Translations under genes and position numbers: made by a program
Source: Acidobacteriota bacterium
GTDB taxonomy: Bacteria > Acidobacteriota > Terriglobia > Terriglobales > SCQP01
DNA: 64,000 nucleotides
NCBI GenBank assembly: GCA_021826505.1
Contig: JAKAZV010000003.1
Coordinates: 643-64,642, forward strand
Reading direction: 5' to 3'
In this document: piece by piece, positions 31,524-40,921 of the stretch
Layout of the letters: the number at the start of each line of letters is the position of its first letter
How positions within the stretch are numbered: position 1 is the stretch's first letter
Notes under the pieces: generated by a model
The model's database searches: none
Told to the model about the DNA's origin: nothing
What the model saw: only the letters and a program-made list of their open reading frames with translations

Positions 31524-32504
31524 TTAATAGCCTTGGCGGGGGTTGATGGTATAGAGCAGGGGTTCACCCGCCAGCCAGCGGCGCAGATTTTCTTCAAAAA
31601 TATCCAGTTCGCGGCTCCAGACTGCGTGTGTGGCGGAGCCGAGGTGAGGCGTGATCAGGACCTGTTTCATGCTCCAGAGCGGCGAGCTGGCGGGCAGCGG
31701 TTCGGTGTCGAACACATCCAGGCCGGCGGCGGCGATTTTCCCCTGCGCCAGCGCCTGCGTAATCGCGGCTTCATCCAGCAGCGCTCCGCGGCCCACATTG
31801 ATGACGATCGCATCCGGCCGCATGGCGGCAAATTCACGCGGGCCCAGGACCGGGGAGGTTTCGCTCACTGGCATGGCCAGCACCACCCAATGAGCGCGCG
31901 GCAGCAGCCGCAAAATATCCTCCGGGGCATAAACCTCATCCGCTCCGGCCGCACCCTGGCCGGGATGGCGGCGAATTCCGATGACCTGGGCGCCCAGAGC
32001 CCGCAAATGGCGCGCCAGGGCGCCGCCGATCTCCCCCAGACCCAGCACCATGACCGTCGAGCCGCGGATTTCCCGCATGCTTTCCGGGGTCTGCCACATT
32101 TCCCGCACCGCCCATTTTTTTTGCGCCTGAAAGTCGCGGGTCCGGTGCAGGCCCCGCGCCAGGGCCAGCATCAGGGCCAGGGCATGTTCGGCCACCACCG
32201 GGCCGTGCACCGCGCGGGCATTCGTAATGGGTATGCCGCTCGTAATCAACGCCGGCACGAGCAGGCTTTGCACTCCGGCCGCCGGGGAATGAATCCACCG
32301 CAGGCGGCGGGCGCCGGCAAAAGCTGCTTCGCTCATGCGCCAGCCGAAATAAATATCGGCGTCGCGCAACGCGGGTTCCAGATTGTCCCAATGCTCCAGA
32401 ACTTGAATGTCCAGCTGCGGAAAATGTTCCCGCAGTCGCTCGCTGGCGCCTGCGGGCCAGTCCCAGGCGGGATCGGATTGGCGAACTGCGATTAACAGTT
32501 TCAT
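31524..32504 (-). CDS. D-2-hydroxyacid dehydrogenase family, NAD-binding
   Basis: Rossmann motif VLGLGEIGGALARHL, VINVGRG, and the catalytic His in ITPHLGSAT. The start MKLLIAV at 32504 forms an ATGA overlap with the upstream gene. Confidence 0.8.
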   Translation of the reverse strand: MKLLIAVRQSDPAWDWPAGASERLREHFPQLDIQVLEHWDNLEPALRDADIYFGWRMSEAAFAGARRLRWIHSPAAGVQSLLVPALITSGIPITNARAVHGPVVAEHALALMLALARGLHRTRDFQAQKKWAVREMWQTPESMREIRGSTVMVLGLGEIGGALARHLRALGAQVIGIRRHPGQGAAGADEVYAPEDILRLLPRAHWVVLAMPVSETSPVLGPREFAAMRPDAIVINVGRGALLDEAAITQALAQGKIAAAGLDVFDTEPLPASSPLWSMKQVLITPHLGSATHAVWSRELDIFEENLRRWLAGEPLLYTINPRQGY

Positions 32505-33223
32505 CGTGCGCCGGGCAGGGAGGTGAAATTGTGAATGTGCCGCAGCAAAGCCTGCCGGTCCAGTTGGCCGGTATAAATCGCCATGCCAAGCACGCAATGA
32601 CAGTCCATGGACTCTAAGGATTCAATTTCCCTCATGCTGGCGATACCGCCCGCGACGGTGAGCTGGCGCGCGGTGCGGGCCCGCAGCTCACGGATGCGCT
32701 CCAGGGGGATGCCTTGCATGAGTCCTTCCGTGTCCACATGGGTATACAAAAATTCATCCCCATATGGCTCCAATATGGCGATTGCCTGTTCCGGCGTTAT
32801 GGGCAGCAGCGTGCGCCAGCCATGAATGGCTATCTGATTCTGGCGGGCGTCAATGCCCAGGATGAGGTGTTCCCGGCCCAGCACCTGCATCTGCTCCAGC
32901 CAGGCGAGATTCGGGGTTTCCTTTTGGAAAATAGCGCTGGATAAAATCACTTGCTGTGCGCCGGACTCGAGTGCCTCGCGGGCCCGTTCCAGAGTGCGGA
33001 TTCCGCCTCCTACCCTGACTAGATGTCCGGCCCGGCAGCACTTTTCCACCAGTTTCCGGTTGTTGCCCTCATTTTTTGCCGCATCCAGATCAATAATCTG
33101 CAGCACTGGAAAATCACGAAACTCATCCAGAACTTCGTCCAGGTCACGCCGTAATGCCAGCCGCTCGCCTTGGATCAACTGCACGACGGCTCCGGCGGCA
33201 AAGTCTATGGCGGGAATGATCAT
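32501..33223 (-). CDS. HisA/HisF-family TIM-barrel protein (ProFAR-isomerase-like)
   Basis: MIIPAIDFAAGAVVQLIQG, VRVGGGIR and VAGGIAS phosphate-binding-type motifs. It is not in a his operon, so the exact function is uncertain. Confidence 0.6.
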   Translation of the reverse strand: MIIPAIDFAAGAVVQLIQGERLALRRDLDEVLDEFRDFPVLQIIDLDAAKNEGNNRKLVEKCCRAGHLVRVGGGIRTLERAREALESGAQQVILSSAIFQKETPNLAWLEQMQVLGREHLILGIDARQNQIAIHGWRTLLPITPEQAIAILEPYGDEFLYTHVDTEGLMQGIPLERIRELRARTARQLTVAGGIASMREIESLESMDCHCVLGMAIYTGQLDRQALLRHIHNFTSLPGAR

Positions 33224-33287
33224 GGCAGTCTATCGAATATACCAATTACAGGGTTCTGGCCGGAAGCGATGGTGCTACATTGAATCC

Positions 33288-33524
33288 ATGCCCATTTATG
33301 AATTTGATTGCCAGGAATGCGGCCGCCGTTTTGAACGGCTGAGCTGGAAATACGCAGAGCCAGGCGATGCTCCCATTACCTGCGCCTGCGGCGGTCAACA
33401 CGTGCAAAGGGTGGAATATTCCCGTTCCGCCGTGCAGACCCATGCCAACAGCCAGACGGATGGATGTGCCGGCATGCCGGATTCCGGTTGCTGTAATCCC
33501 GCCGGAATGTGCTGCCGGAACTGA
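33288..33524 (+). CDS. FmdB-family zinc-ribbon protein
   Basis: MPIYEFDCQECGRRFE...CACGG, typical of the FmdB/CxxC_CxxC_SSSS family, with a Cys-rich tail. Confidence 0.7.
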   Translation: MPIYEFDCQECGRRFERLSWKYAEPGDAPITCACGGQHVQRVEYSRSAVQTHANSQTDGCAGMPDSGCCNPAGMCCRN

Positions 33525-33834
33525 TGGCCATACGGTGCGAGTAGCGCCTTTTGGGGACCGTACATTTTCAAGGAGAGCAACTGTCTATGCCCGCGACCCG
33601 ACCCCGGCCGGCACTCAATATTTATCAGACTTTTTCGTACGGGACGTACGTGAAAACCGCAATGGACGCCCACTTCGAGCCTGATCAGGAACCGAAAGCC
33701 AGCGGGCGGCCCCGCGCCGCGATGGAAAATGTGCCACGCTGGAAAATCGGCGCTGCGGCTCCATCCGCAAATTCCCGCTGAGCGGGGGCAATCATTTTGA
33801 ACTCTTTTATCCTCTAATTGCATGTGGAGGTGAT

Positions 33835-34053
33835 ATGAAAAAGTGGATTATTCCGGCAGGCGTGGTGGTGGGAGTCGCCATATTCCTTTGTACTGACAAG
33901 GGAAAATCAGTGAGTTCCCATGTGCGCGACAGTTATGATGGCTGGTCTTCCAGGCTCCTGCATTTTACGGAACGCTTGCAGGATAATCTGGAAAATCTGC
34001 AGTCGGGCCTGCAAACCTTCCAGCGCACTTTACGCGACACGATTGCCTCATAG
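33835..34053 (+). CDS. Small membrane-anchored hypothetical protein
   Basis: Strong RBS GGAGGTGATATG, an N-terminal TM helix (IIPAGVVVGVAIFL) and a helical tail. Confidence 0.45.
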   Translation: MKKWIIPAGVVVGVAIFLCTDKGKSVSSHVRDSYDGWSSRLLHFTERLQDNLENLQSGLQTFQRTLRDTIAS

Positions 34054-34140
34054 TTTTGATACCGAGGCCAGGCACTGGAATGGCGAAGCAAAAAAAGTGG
34101 CTCCGCCACAAATTCTTTATTTATTCTGAAACTTAATCCA

Positions 34141-34866
34141 GTGTGGGCCGTCTTTCCTGAGAGAGCCAATTCCGTACAGGAGAGAACGGTTCACGTGCGC
34201 ATAGCATCCATTCACCCTTCAACTTCTCATTCCTTCACGCTGGATACTCTATTGCTGAGTTTGCCGCCAGGGCAGGAGCACATCTGGCCGCGGGGAGATA
34301 TGATTTATCGCCAGGATGCGAAACCGGAATATGTTTATCGGATTCGTTCCGGCCGGGTCAAGCTGAGCCGTGTCTGCCAGGATGGCCGGGAAACAGTTCT
34401 GGAAATCCTTAAACCCGGCGAAATTCTGGGCGAGGTGGCCGTTCTGGACGATTCTCTGCGGCCCGCACAGGCGCAAGCCCTGGATCTGGTGATTACCGAT
34501 GCCTGGCCGGTTTCGCTGTGGCGGCAGCATCTGGATACCGACTTCCGTCTGGGCATTTGGCTGGCGAAGCGTCTCAATACACGGCTGCGCCAGGCTCAGG
34601 ACCGTATCGAAAGCCTGGCATACGACTCCATTCCCCGCCGGCTGGCGCGCACCATGCTGGAAAATGGTGAGCGTTTTGGCACGCAACTGGAAGACGGGCG
34701 CTTACGTCTGGCGCCGCTGACCCATGAGGCGCTGGCCCAGCAGGTCGCAACCTCGCGCGAAATCATCACCCATTATATGAATCAATTCCGCCAGCAGGGC
34801 ATGCTGGAATATTCCCGTAAATGGATTGATTTGCAGCCGGAAAAATTGCAGCAACTGCTGCAATAA
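34141..34866 (+). CDS. Crp/Fnr-family transcriptional regulator
   Basis: cNMP-binding beta-roll (YRIRSGRVKLSRVCQDGRETVLEILKPGEILGE) and a C-terminal HTH (TSREIITHYMNQFRQQGML). GTG start in the track; the true start is uncertain. Confidence 0.8.
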   Translation: MWAVFPERANSVQERTVHVRIASIHPSTSHSFTLDTLLLSLPPGQEHIWPRGDMIYRQDAKPEYVYRIRSGRVKLSRVCQDGRETVLEILKPGEILGEVAVLDDSLRPAQAQALDLVITDAWPVSLWRQHLDTDFRLGIWLAKRLNTRLRQAQDRIESLAYDSIPRRLARTMLENGERFGTQLEDGRLRLAPLTHEALAQQVATSREIITHYMNQFRQQGMLEYSRKWIDLQPEKLQQLLQ

Positions 34867-34905
34867 AGGCCGAGCGGGCCGCGCTACTGCCGCGCGGCGG
34901 CCACT

Positions 34906-37071
34906 TTAGCCGGCTTCGATCAGGCCGTAACTGCGCTGCCAATGGGCGCGCATGTAGGCAATCATGCCGCGGCGCGAGGCGGCATCGGCCTGTGTCCACC
35001 AATCGCGGGCCTCTGCCCGGGCCAGTTCCAGAAATTTCTGGTCACGAATGGGCTGCGCGATGCGAAAAGCGGGCAGTCCGCTCTGCCGGGTGCCAAAAAA
35101 CTCACCTGGCCCGCGCATTTTCAAGTCTAATTCCGCTAATGCGAACCCGTCATCGTGCTTTTGCACGGCTTCCAGCCGGGCTTGCGCGTTGGGGTTGAGA
35201 TCGGGTGAGGTGCGTAAAAGGCAAACCGCAGCTTCTCCCGCGCGCGGGCTGGTCCCGCGGGGCTGCGGCCTGCCAATGCGTCCGCGCAACTGATGCAGTT
35301 GCGCCATCCCAAACCGCTCCGCCTGCTGGATGACCATCAAGGTGGCGTTGGGCACATCCACGCCGACTTCAATCACGGTGGTGGAGACCAAAATCTGGAT
35401 TTCGCCCGCCTGGAACCGCTGCATGACGGCGGATTTTTCGCTGATCTCCAGCCGTCCATGCAACAGTCCGACGCTGATCTCCGGGAGGGCCTCACGCAGG
35501 TTTTTTTCCATTTCCAGGGCGGGGTACAGGGCCGAATTTTCCGATTCTTCGATCACGGGGCAGACCACATAAGCCTGACGCCCGCTCTCCGCGTGCTGGC
35601 GCAAAATCTCATATAGTTCGGCGGCCCGCTGCGTGGCTGCGATGCGGGTGGTCACCGGCATTTTGCCCGGCGGACGCTGGCGCAAGGTGCTGGTTTCAAA
35701 ATCTCCATAGAGCGCCAGCGCCAGCGTTCGGGGAATGGGGGTTGCCGTCATCACCAGTAAGTGCGGAACGCGTTCCCCTTGCCGCAAAAGCTGAAAGCGC
35801 TGTAAAACCCCGAACCGGTGCTGCTCGTCCACCACGACCAAGGCGGGCGAAAAATGCGGTCCGGCGCGCTCATGCAGCAGCGCCTGCGTGCCAATCCAGA
35901 GCTGCGGCGCCTGCGCCGGAGCCTCTGCTTTTTTTGCCTTCCTATTGCGCCGGGTCTGGCTGGTGATCAGATCCACGGCATATCCCGGCAGCCGCTCCCG
36001 CGCCACCAGATAATGCTGGCTGGCCAGAATCTGGGTGGGCGCCATCAGGGCGGTGGAATAGCCGTTCTCCATCGCCAGAACGGCGGCTTCCAGCGCCACC
36101 AGGGTTTTTCCCGAGCCCACATCGCCCTGCAACAGCCGCCGCATCGGCCGGCCGCTGCTCATATCCTGCACAATTTCTTTCAGCGCCTGTTTCTGATCGG
36201 CGGTGGGATGAAAAGGCAGAATTTGCTTTAATTTTTCCCGAATCGCAAGCGAGGGGTGAATGGGAATGCCGGGCTGCCGCAGGACCCGCTGCCGTTTGAT
36301 TTCCAGGCCCAGCTGCAGAAAAAATAATTCTTCAAAAATCAAGCGGCAATGGCCCGCGCCGCGGCTCTGGTTCAGCTCTGCCAGCGCGCTCCCATCCCGG
36401 GGAAAATGCGCCTGCTCGAACGCTTCGCGCCGCGAGACCAGATGCAGGCGGGCGCGAATCGAGTCCGGCAGGTTCTCCGGCAGCTCCGCCGGTAGCCCGG
36501 CCAGCGCGCGCGATATCAGCAGGCGAATCCGTCCGCTGCTCAGTTGATTGCCGGCCAGGCTTTCGTATACCGGCACAATGCGGCCCAGGCGCAGGGAAGC
36601 GTCACGCCGTTGGGGAGTCATGGCTTCCTGTGCCGCGGTTTCCGAAAGCAGCTCGAATTCGGGCTGCCGCATGTGCCAGTTTCCGCTCTCCGCTTCAGGC
36701 GTGCCATATAAAGCCAGCCATTGGCCGGGCTGAATGCGGCCCCGCAGATAGCCGGCGTTATACCAGATGGCGGTGATCACGCCCGTGGCATCGGTGGCCT
36801 TCAGTTTCGCCATCTGCATCCCATTGCGGGTGCGCAACAGGCCGAAACTTTGGGTTTGCACCACGACGTTGGCCGCGATTCCGGGCTGCAATTGGTTGAT
36901 CTGCGCGCGCAAACTGCGGTCTTCGTAACGGAAGGGCAGATAATACAGCAGGTCTTCCACCCGGCTCAGGCCGCGAGCTTCCAGCAGAGGCGCCAGCCGC
37001 GGGCCGACGCCCGGCAGATAGCGCAAGGGAGTATCGAGTTGCAGGGCATGCGCTGGGACCGGTCCGGGCAT
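34906..37071 (-). CDS. recG: ATP-dependent DNA helicase RecG
   Basis: Wedge domain, Walker A GDVGSGKTLVAL, VVVDEQHRFG, TATPIPRT and QLHQLRGRIGR. Confidence 0.9.
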   Translation of the reverse strand: MPGPVPAHALQLDTPLRYLPGVGPRLAPLLEARGLSRVEDLLYYLPFRYEDRSLRAQINQLQPGIAANVVVQTQSFGLLRTRNGMQMAKLKATDATGVITAIWYNAGYLRGRIQPGQWLALYGTPEAESGNWHMRQPEFELLSETAAQEAMTPQRRDASLRLGRIVPVYESLAGNQLSSGRIRLLISRALAGLPAELPENLPDSIRARLHLVSRREAFEQAHFPRDGSALAELNQSRGAGHCRLIFEELFFLQLGLEIKRQRVLRQPGIPIHPSLAIREKLKQILPFHPTADQKQALKEIVQDMSSGRPMRRLLQGDVGSGKTLVALEAAVLAMENGYSTALMAPTQILASQHYLVARERLPGYAVDLITSQTRRNRKAKKAEAPAQAPQLWIGTQALLHERAGPHFSPALVVVDEQHRFGVLQRFQLLRQGERVPHLLVMTATPIPRTLALALYGDFETSTLRQRPPGKMPVTTRIAATQRAAELYEILRQHAESGRQAYVVCPVIEESENSALYPALEMEKNLREALPEISVGLLHGRLEISEKSAVMQRFQAGEIQILVSTTVIEVGVDVPNATLMVIQQAERFGMAQLHQLRGRIGRPQPRGTSPRAGEAAVCLLRTSPDLNPNAQARLEAVQKHDDGFALAELDLKMRGPGEFFGTRQSGLPAFRIAQPIRDQKFLELARAEARDWWTQADAASRRGMIAYMRAHWQRSYGLIEAG

Positions 37072-37112
37072 GAAATTTATTATCCCGGATACGAGCCATG
37101 CGCATGATCTAT

Positions 37113-39272
37113 TTATCGCGCGGCGGTTGCCTTGGCGGCGGCTTCCATGGGCGCGGGGCCGGCCGTCAGGGGGCCGGGATTTTGCATTTTCTGAACGATA
37201 GCCGGCCGAACGGCGTCAAGGCGCAGGTCCGCTTGCCGCCAGAAATGACGAAATTGCAAATATTGCGGCGCCGGAATCGAGATTGCCGACTGCGTGACTT
37301 GCGTAAAGATCCGCCAGTTTCCCGGCCGGCAGGTTTCCCGCAGCTTCCAGGACCCGACCTCGGGCAATTGCGCGCGGGTGGAAATGGGCAGGCACGGGGG
37401 CAGACCGGGCGCCTGAAGGGTTGCCGGCCAGCTTACCTGCCAATCATCTTGCCGCCGCCAGCGTGAGCGCAGGCGCAGGCGATCATGCCGCCGGGCGGTA
37501 AAGGCCAGCTGGCGCGCCACGTGCCAATCCGTCCAGGGGGTGCGCCAGTCTCGCGCCGGGGGCCAGGCCGCGGCGGCGGTGAAACGCAGCCGGAATGTGG
37601 ATGCATCCGCCGCCAGGCCTTCCGCCGCCGTGGATTCCAGCCGGGCTCCGGGAAAATTTCGTGACATCCACGCGCGCAAATTCTCCTGCCGGCTCAGCGG
37701 TGCTCCATAGCGGCTCCGCATGGCCGGGGCATCCGCGCCGCGAAAGCTCCATTGCCCCAGAATCCGTAATTGCCATGCGCCATGGAGTCTCAGGAACCTC
37801 AGGCGGAAATTGCGCCGGGCCAGATTGTGCGCCGATGTGGCGTAAGGAACTTTGATTAACCCCGGGGGTCTGGGTGTGAGCGGATGAAATGCGACTGATT
37901 GTGCGCGGGCTATTCGCGCCGTTTTCCCGCGCGCCAGATGGATGGGCACCAGCATGGCAATGGCGCCTTGATCGCTGGGGGGCAGAGCGCGGGTTTGGTA
38001 TTCCGGTGCGGTGGTGTCAATCCAACGCGCGCGCCGGCCCATGACGCCGGCTGGAATATATACAATCGCATGGTCAAAAGCCGAGAGCGTGGCCGCGGCG
38101 TTGGCCATGGCGCCCATGCGGCGGGTGCGGAGCATGGCCAGCTCCGCCGGAATGCCTTCCATCCGCAGCCAGGTGGACAGCAGCAGGGCGCCGTCTTTGC
38201 AGTCGCCTCGCCGGGCATGAAACACCTCGCCGGGTGAAGCGGGCAGGAAGGCATGGATGCCGATTTCGTCGCCATAGTAAAACAGGCGCCGGGCCAGGGC
38301 GCGCCATACTTTTTGCACGGTTTCCCGGGGCGTGCCGCCGGGGGGCGCCAGTTGCAGCCATCGCTGCCGCAATGCGGACGAGATCTCAATTCTCGCCCGC
38401 AGCCGCTGGCTATACCATTGCGCCAGTTTCCTCCAGCCGGCAAAAGATGACCATTGCACATACGGCGAGCGGTCTGTGATGGAAGGGCCATGGCTTTCGG
38501 AATAAAAAGCCGGCAGCGGTCCGGCTTGCCATGCCCAGACTTCATTGCGTCCCCGCCGCGCCGGCCGGGGCGCCGACAATCGGGATTGCGCGACAAATAA
38601 TGGCAGGCGCGATTGCACCACCAGCCGCGACCGCAGCGTGGCATGATCGCCCCGCAAGGCGTAGATATCGCCGATATATTTCCGCCCCCAGACACGCCAT
38701 GTCCTGGCGTTGCGCGGCGTCAGCCAGTACGCCAGGCTCACGATATCGCCCGGCTGTAATCCCGGAAAAGCCATCTTGCGGTCCTGGGTTCCAGAGGTGG
38801 CCGGCTGGCCCGCGCCGTCGTCCTGTCCCTGACCCACCATGCGGCCGTGCCGGTATATGCGGGCATAACCCCAGTGAAAATGTTCGCGCGCGGCGTCGTA
38901 CCAGACATCGTCATCCCCTAATTCGCGCGCGCCTTGCCCGGTGGCGACATAAAAGAGCCGCTGCACGGTTTCCCGGTCCAGGCCCCGGGTGCTGATCTGA
39001 TCCAGCCGCAGGCGATATATTTCCACGATGTTGGCTTGCCGCAAATAGGCTGGTCCGGCGCTGATTTGCCGGCGCCAATCCTGCCGGCTCATGGACGCTT
39101 GCCGGCCGGAATAAAAGTAATGGCGCTGGGCCAGGATCCAGGCAGGCAGCCGCACGGCCGCGGGTCCATTTTGATGGACTGGAACTGGAACCGCGGCGGC
39201 CACCGCCGCCCATAGGCAGGTAAACAGAAAACCGGGACGAATGCGCAGACGAGCCCCCTGACCGAAGTTCAT
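37113..39272 (-). CDS. Transglutaminase-like cysteine protease superfamily protein (DUF3857/DUF3858-type architecture)
   Basis: 719 aa. Signal peptide, catalytic Cys block HARRGDCKDGALLLSTWLRMEGIPA and downstream FDHAIVYI. Confidence 0.7.
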   Translation of the reverse strand: MNFGQGARLRIRPGFLFTCLWAAVAAAVPVPVHQNGPAAVRLPAWILAQRHYFYSGRQASMSRQDWRRQISAGPAYLRQANIVEIYRLRLDQISTRGLDRETVQRLFYVATGQGARELGDDDVWYDAAREHFHWGYARIYRHGRMVGQGQDDGAGQPATSGTQDRKMAFPGLQPGDIVSLAYWLTPRNARTWRVWGRKYIGDIYALRGDHATLRSRLVVQSRLPLFVAQSRLSAPRPARRGRNEVWAWQAGPLPAFYSESHGPSITDRSPYVQWSSFAGWRKLAQWYSQRLRARIEISSALRQRWLQLAPPGGTPRETVQKVWRALARRLFYYGDEIGIHAFLPASPGEVFHARRGDCKDGALLLSTWLRMEGIPAELAMLRTRRMGAMANAAATLSAFDHAIVYIPAGVMGRRARWIDTTAPEYQTRALPPSDQGAIAMLVPIHLARGKTARIARAQSVAFHPLTPRPPGLIKVPYATSAHNLARRNFRLRFLRLHGAWQLRILGQWSFRGADAPAMRSRYGAPLSRQENLRAWMSRNFPGARLESTAAEGLAADASTFRLRFTAAAAWPPARDWRTPWTDWHVARQLAFTARRHDRLRLRSRWRRQDDWQVSWPATLQAPGLPPCLPISTRAQLPEVGSWKLRETCRPGNWRIFTQVTQSAISIPAPQYLQFRHFWRQADLRLDAVRPAIVQKMQNPGPLTAGPAPMEAAAKATAAR

Positions 39273-39328
39273 TTTTTCCGGTCGGGGCGGGGAACGATAT
39301 AGAGCGGGCGCCTTAGAAGTCGGGTTTT

Positions 39329-40855
39329 TTATCGCCGCAGCAGATCGCTTTCCCAGTCCATGGGCGAGACCCGCACATAATCAGCCCATCCGGGATGTTG
39401 CCGGCTCAGCGCCTGGTGCATTTCCTGGGCGATTTCGCGGTAGGCGAAATGGCCGCCGGGCGCGGATCGAAGCTCAATGATGTATGCGGCTTCGGCGGCA
39501 TCCATTTTAAAAAGCGTGCGCTTGCGCTGGGCGAGCGGCATGAGATATTCTCCCGTGCCCGGGGGCAGCCGCGACGCGGCCTCGCGCGCCGCCGCGATTG
39601 CCGGCTGGTAGCGGCTCACCTGGGCCTGGTTGCACAATTCCGGCGTGTCGTGTCCATGAGTCCAGGTATATTCCTGGTGCAATTGCACGCAGCGGCGATG
39701 ACGATGCAGGTCGCGAAAGCTTCCCACATCCTGCAATATGTCGAATGCGAAACCATATCCCGCCCGCCACTCCCGCCCCCATTCGTCGTGCCGGCCGCGA
39801 TGGCGCTGCCCGAGATCGAGAATTTCGCGCCGTTGCGGGGCGCTGAATCCGCCGATCACGTCGAGAATTTGCTGGTAGGGCAAATCGCAAACCGTATAAA
39901 GCAGGCTGGCCGCCAGTTCCAGCTCCAGGCTATGGCTGGGCGCCAGGGAAACCCGGGGCACGGGCCGCGGCTGCTGGTCTTTGAATATGGCCGCCGCCAA
40001 TTCGCGCAGCTCGCGCCGGGTTTCTGTCTGATAGGGACTGGGATCGGTGTATTTGACCAGAGTGGGGGCTGTGGCAATGGGCCGGGCCAGGTTTTCCGCC
40101 GCCTGGATCACATCGGCGGGCATCCGCGCCTCCCGCATGGCGGCCAAAATCCGCTGCCATTGCGGCTGGCGCGGATCCCAGGCCGCCTCGCATGCGGCCT
40201 GGCGCAATTGCCGGCCTAGCAGGACGCATTCCTGCCAGGCGGATGACATCAGCCGCGCGATTTGGCCTTCCAGCGTGCGCGCGCTGACGATTTGCCCCAG
40301 GCTCGTCAGCGTGGCCAGGGGCAGCAGGTAGCGGCTATGATCGAAGGCGCGGGCCCGCAGAGTGCGCTCAAAACGTTCCTGGCTCCAATCAGAGGGCCGG
40401 GTCTGGCGGGCTTTTAAATATTCGAATATTTCGGCGGTGGTGGTTTCGTAGGCGGAAAATAATGTGCCCGCCGCCTGTTCATAAATGGCAAGCTCGGCGC
40501 CGCTCAAGTCCGGCGGGATCTGCCAGTCGCCGGGGCGAAATTGCTGGTAGCGTGTGGAGCGTTCCTGGCCGTCCCACCGCGTTTCATCGCAAACCTCGAT
40601 CGCGGCCAGCAGCGAGAGCTTTTCGATGGCAAAACTGATGTGCGCCAGATCGGCGATGGAGCGATGCCCATACTGAAAATAAAAAGTGTTAAGAAATTTT
40701 TCCGCTTTTTGTCCATCAATCTCGCGCAGGCTCTCAGTCAAAGAAAGCGCCGACCGGCTGTATTTCGCCATGGCGTAGGCATTGATTTCAGGTTCGGCGC
40801 CCCAGATGGCATAGACCTGGGCCGGAGTCAGGGCGGATGTTTCAGCGGCGGACAT
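39329..40855 (-). CDS. Long-form flavin-dependent thymidylate synthase (ThyX-family, two tandem ThyX-like halves)
   Basis: The N-terminal half has YGHRSIADLAHISFAIE...DGQERSTRYQQF. The C-terminal half has FRDLHRHRRCVQ. Together these resemble the ThyX RHR...S.RY signature. Confidence 0.6.
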   Translation of the reverse strand: MSAAETSALTPAQVYAIWGAEPEINAYAMAKYSRSALSLTESLREIDGQKAEKFLNTFYFQYGHRSIADLAHISFAIEKLSLLAAIEVCDETRWDGQERSTRYQQFRPGDWQIPPDLSGAELAIYEQAAGTLFSAYETTTAEIFEYLKARQTRPSDWSQERFERTLRARAFDHSRYLLPLATLTSLGQIVSARTLEGQIARLMSSAWQECVLLGRQLRQAACEAAWDPRQPQWQRILAAMREARMPADVIQAAENLARPIATAPTLVKYTDPSPYQTETRRELRELAAAIFKDQQPRPVPRVSLAPSHSLELELAASLLYTVCDLPYQQILDVIGGFSAPQRREILDLGQRHRGRHDEWGREWRAGYGFAFDILQDVGSFRDLHRHRRCVQLHQEYTWTHGHDTPELCNQAQVSRYQPAIAAAREAASRLPPGTGEYLMPLAQRKRTLFKMDAAEAAYIIELRSAPGGHFAYREIAQEMHQALSRQHPGWADYVRVSPMDWESDLLRR

Positions 40856-40921
40856 GGGATTCTCATTTTAACCGACCCCCGGCTGGAGCATTGAACCGCT
40901 GTGCTGCGGCACAATCAATGA

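Noticed and set aside
34867-34905. A GC-rich hairpin (GCCGCGC...GCGCGGC) between the convergent crp-like and recG genes, considered as a terminator.
   Set aside because: The stem is short and there is no U-tract on either strand, so there is not enough support to annotate it.
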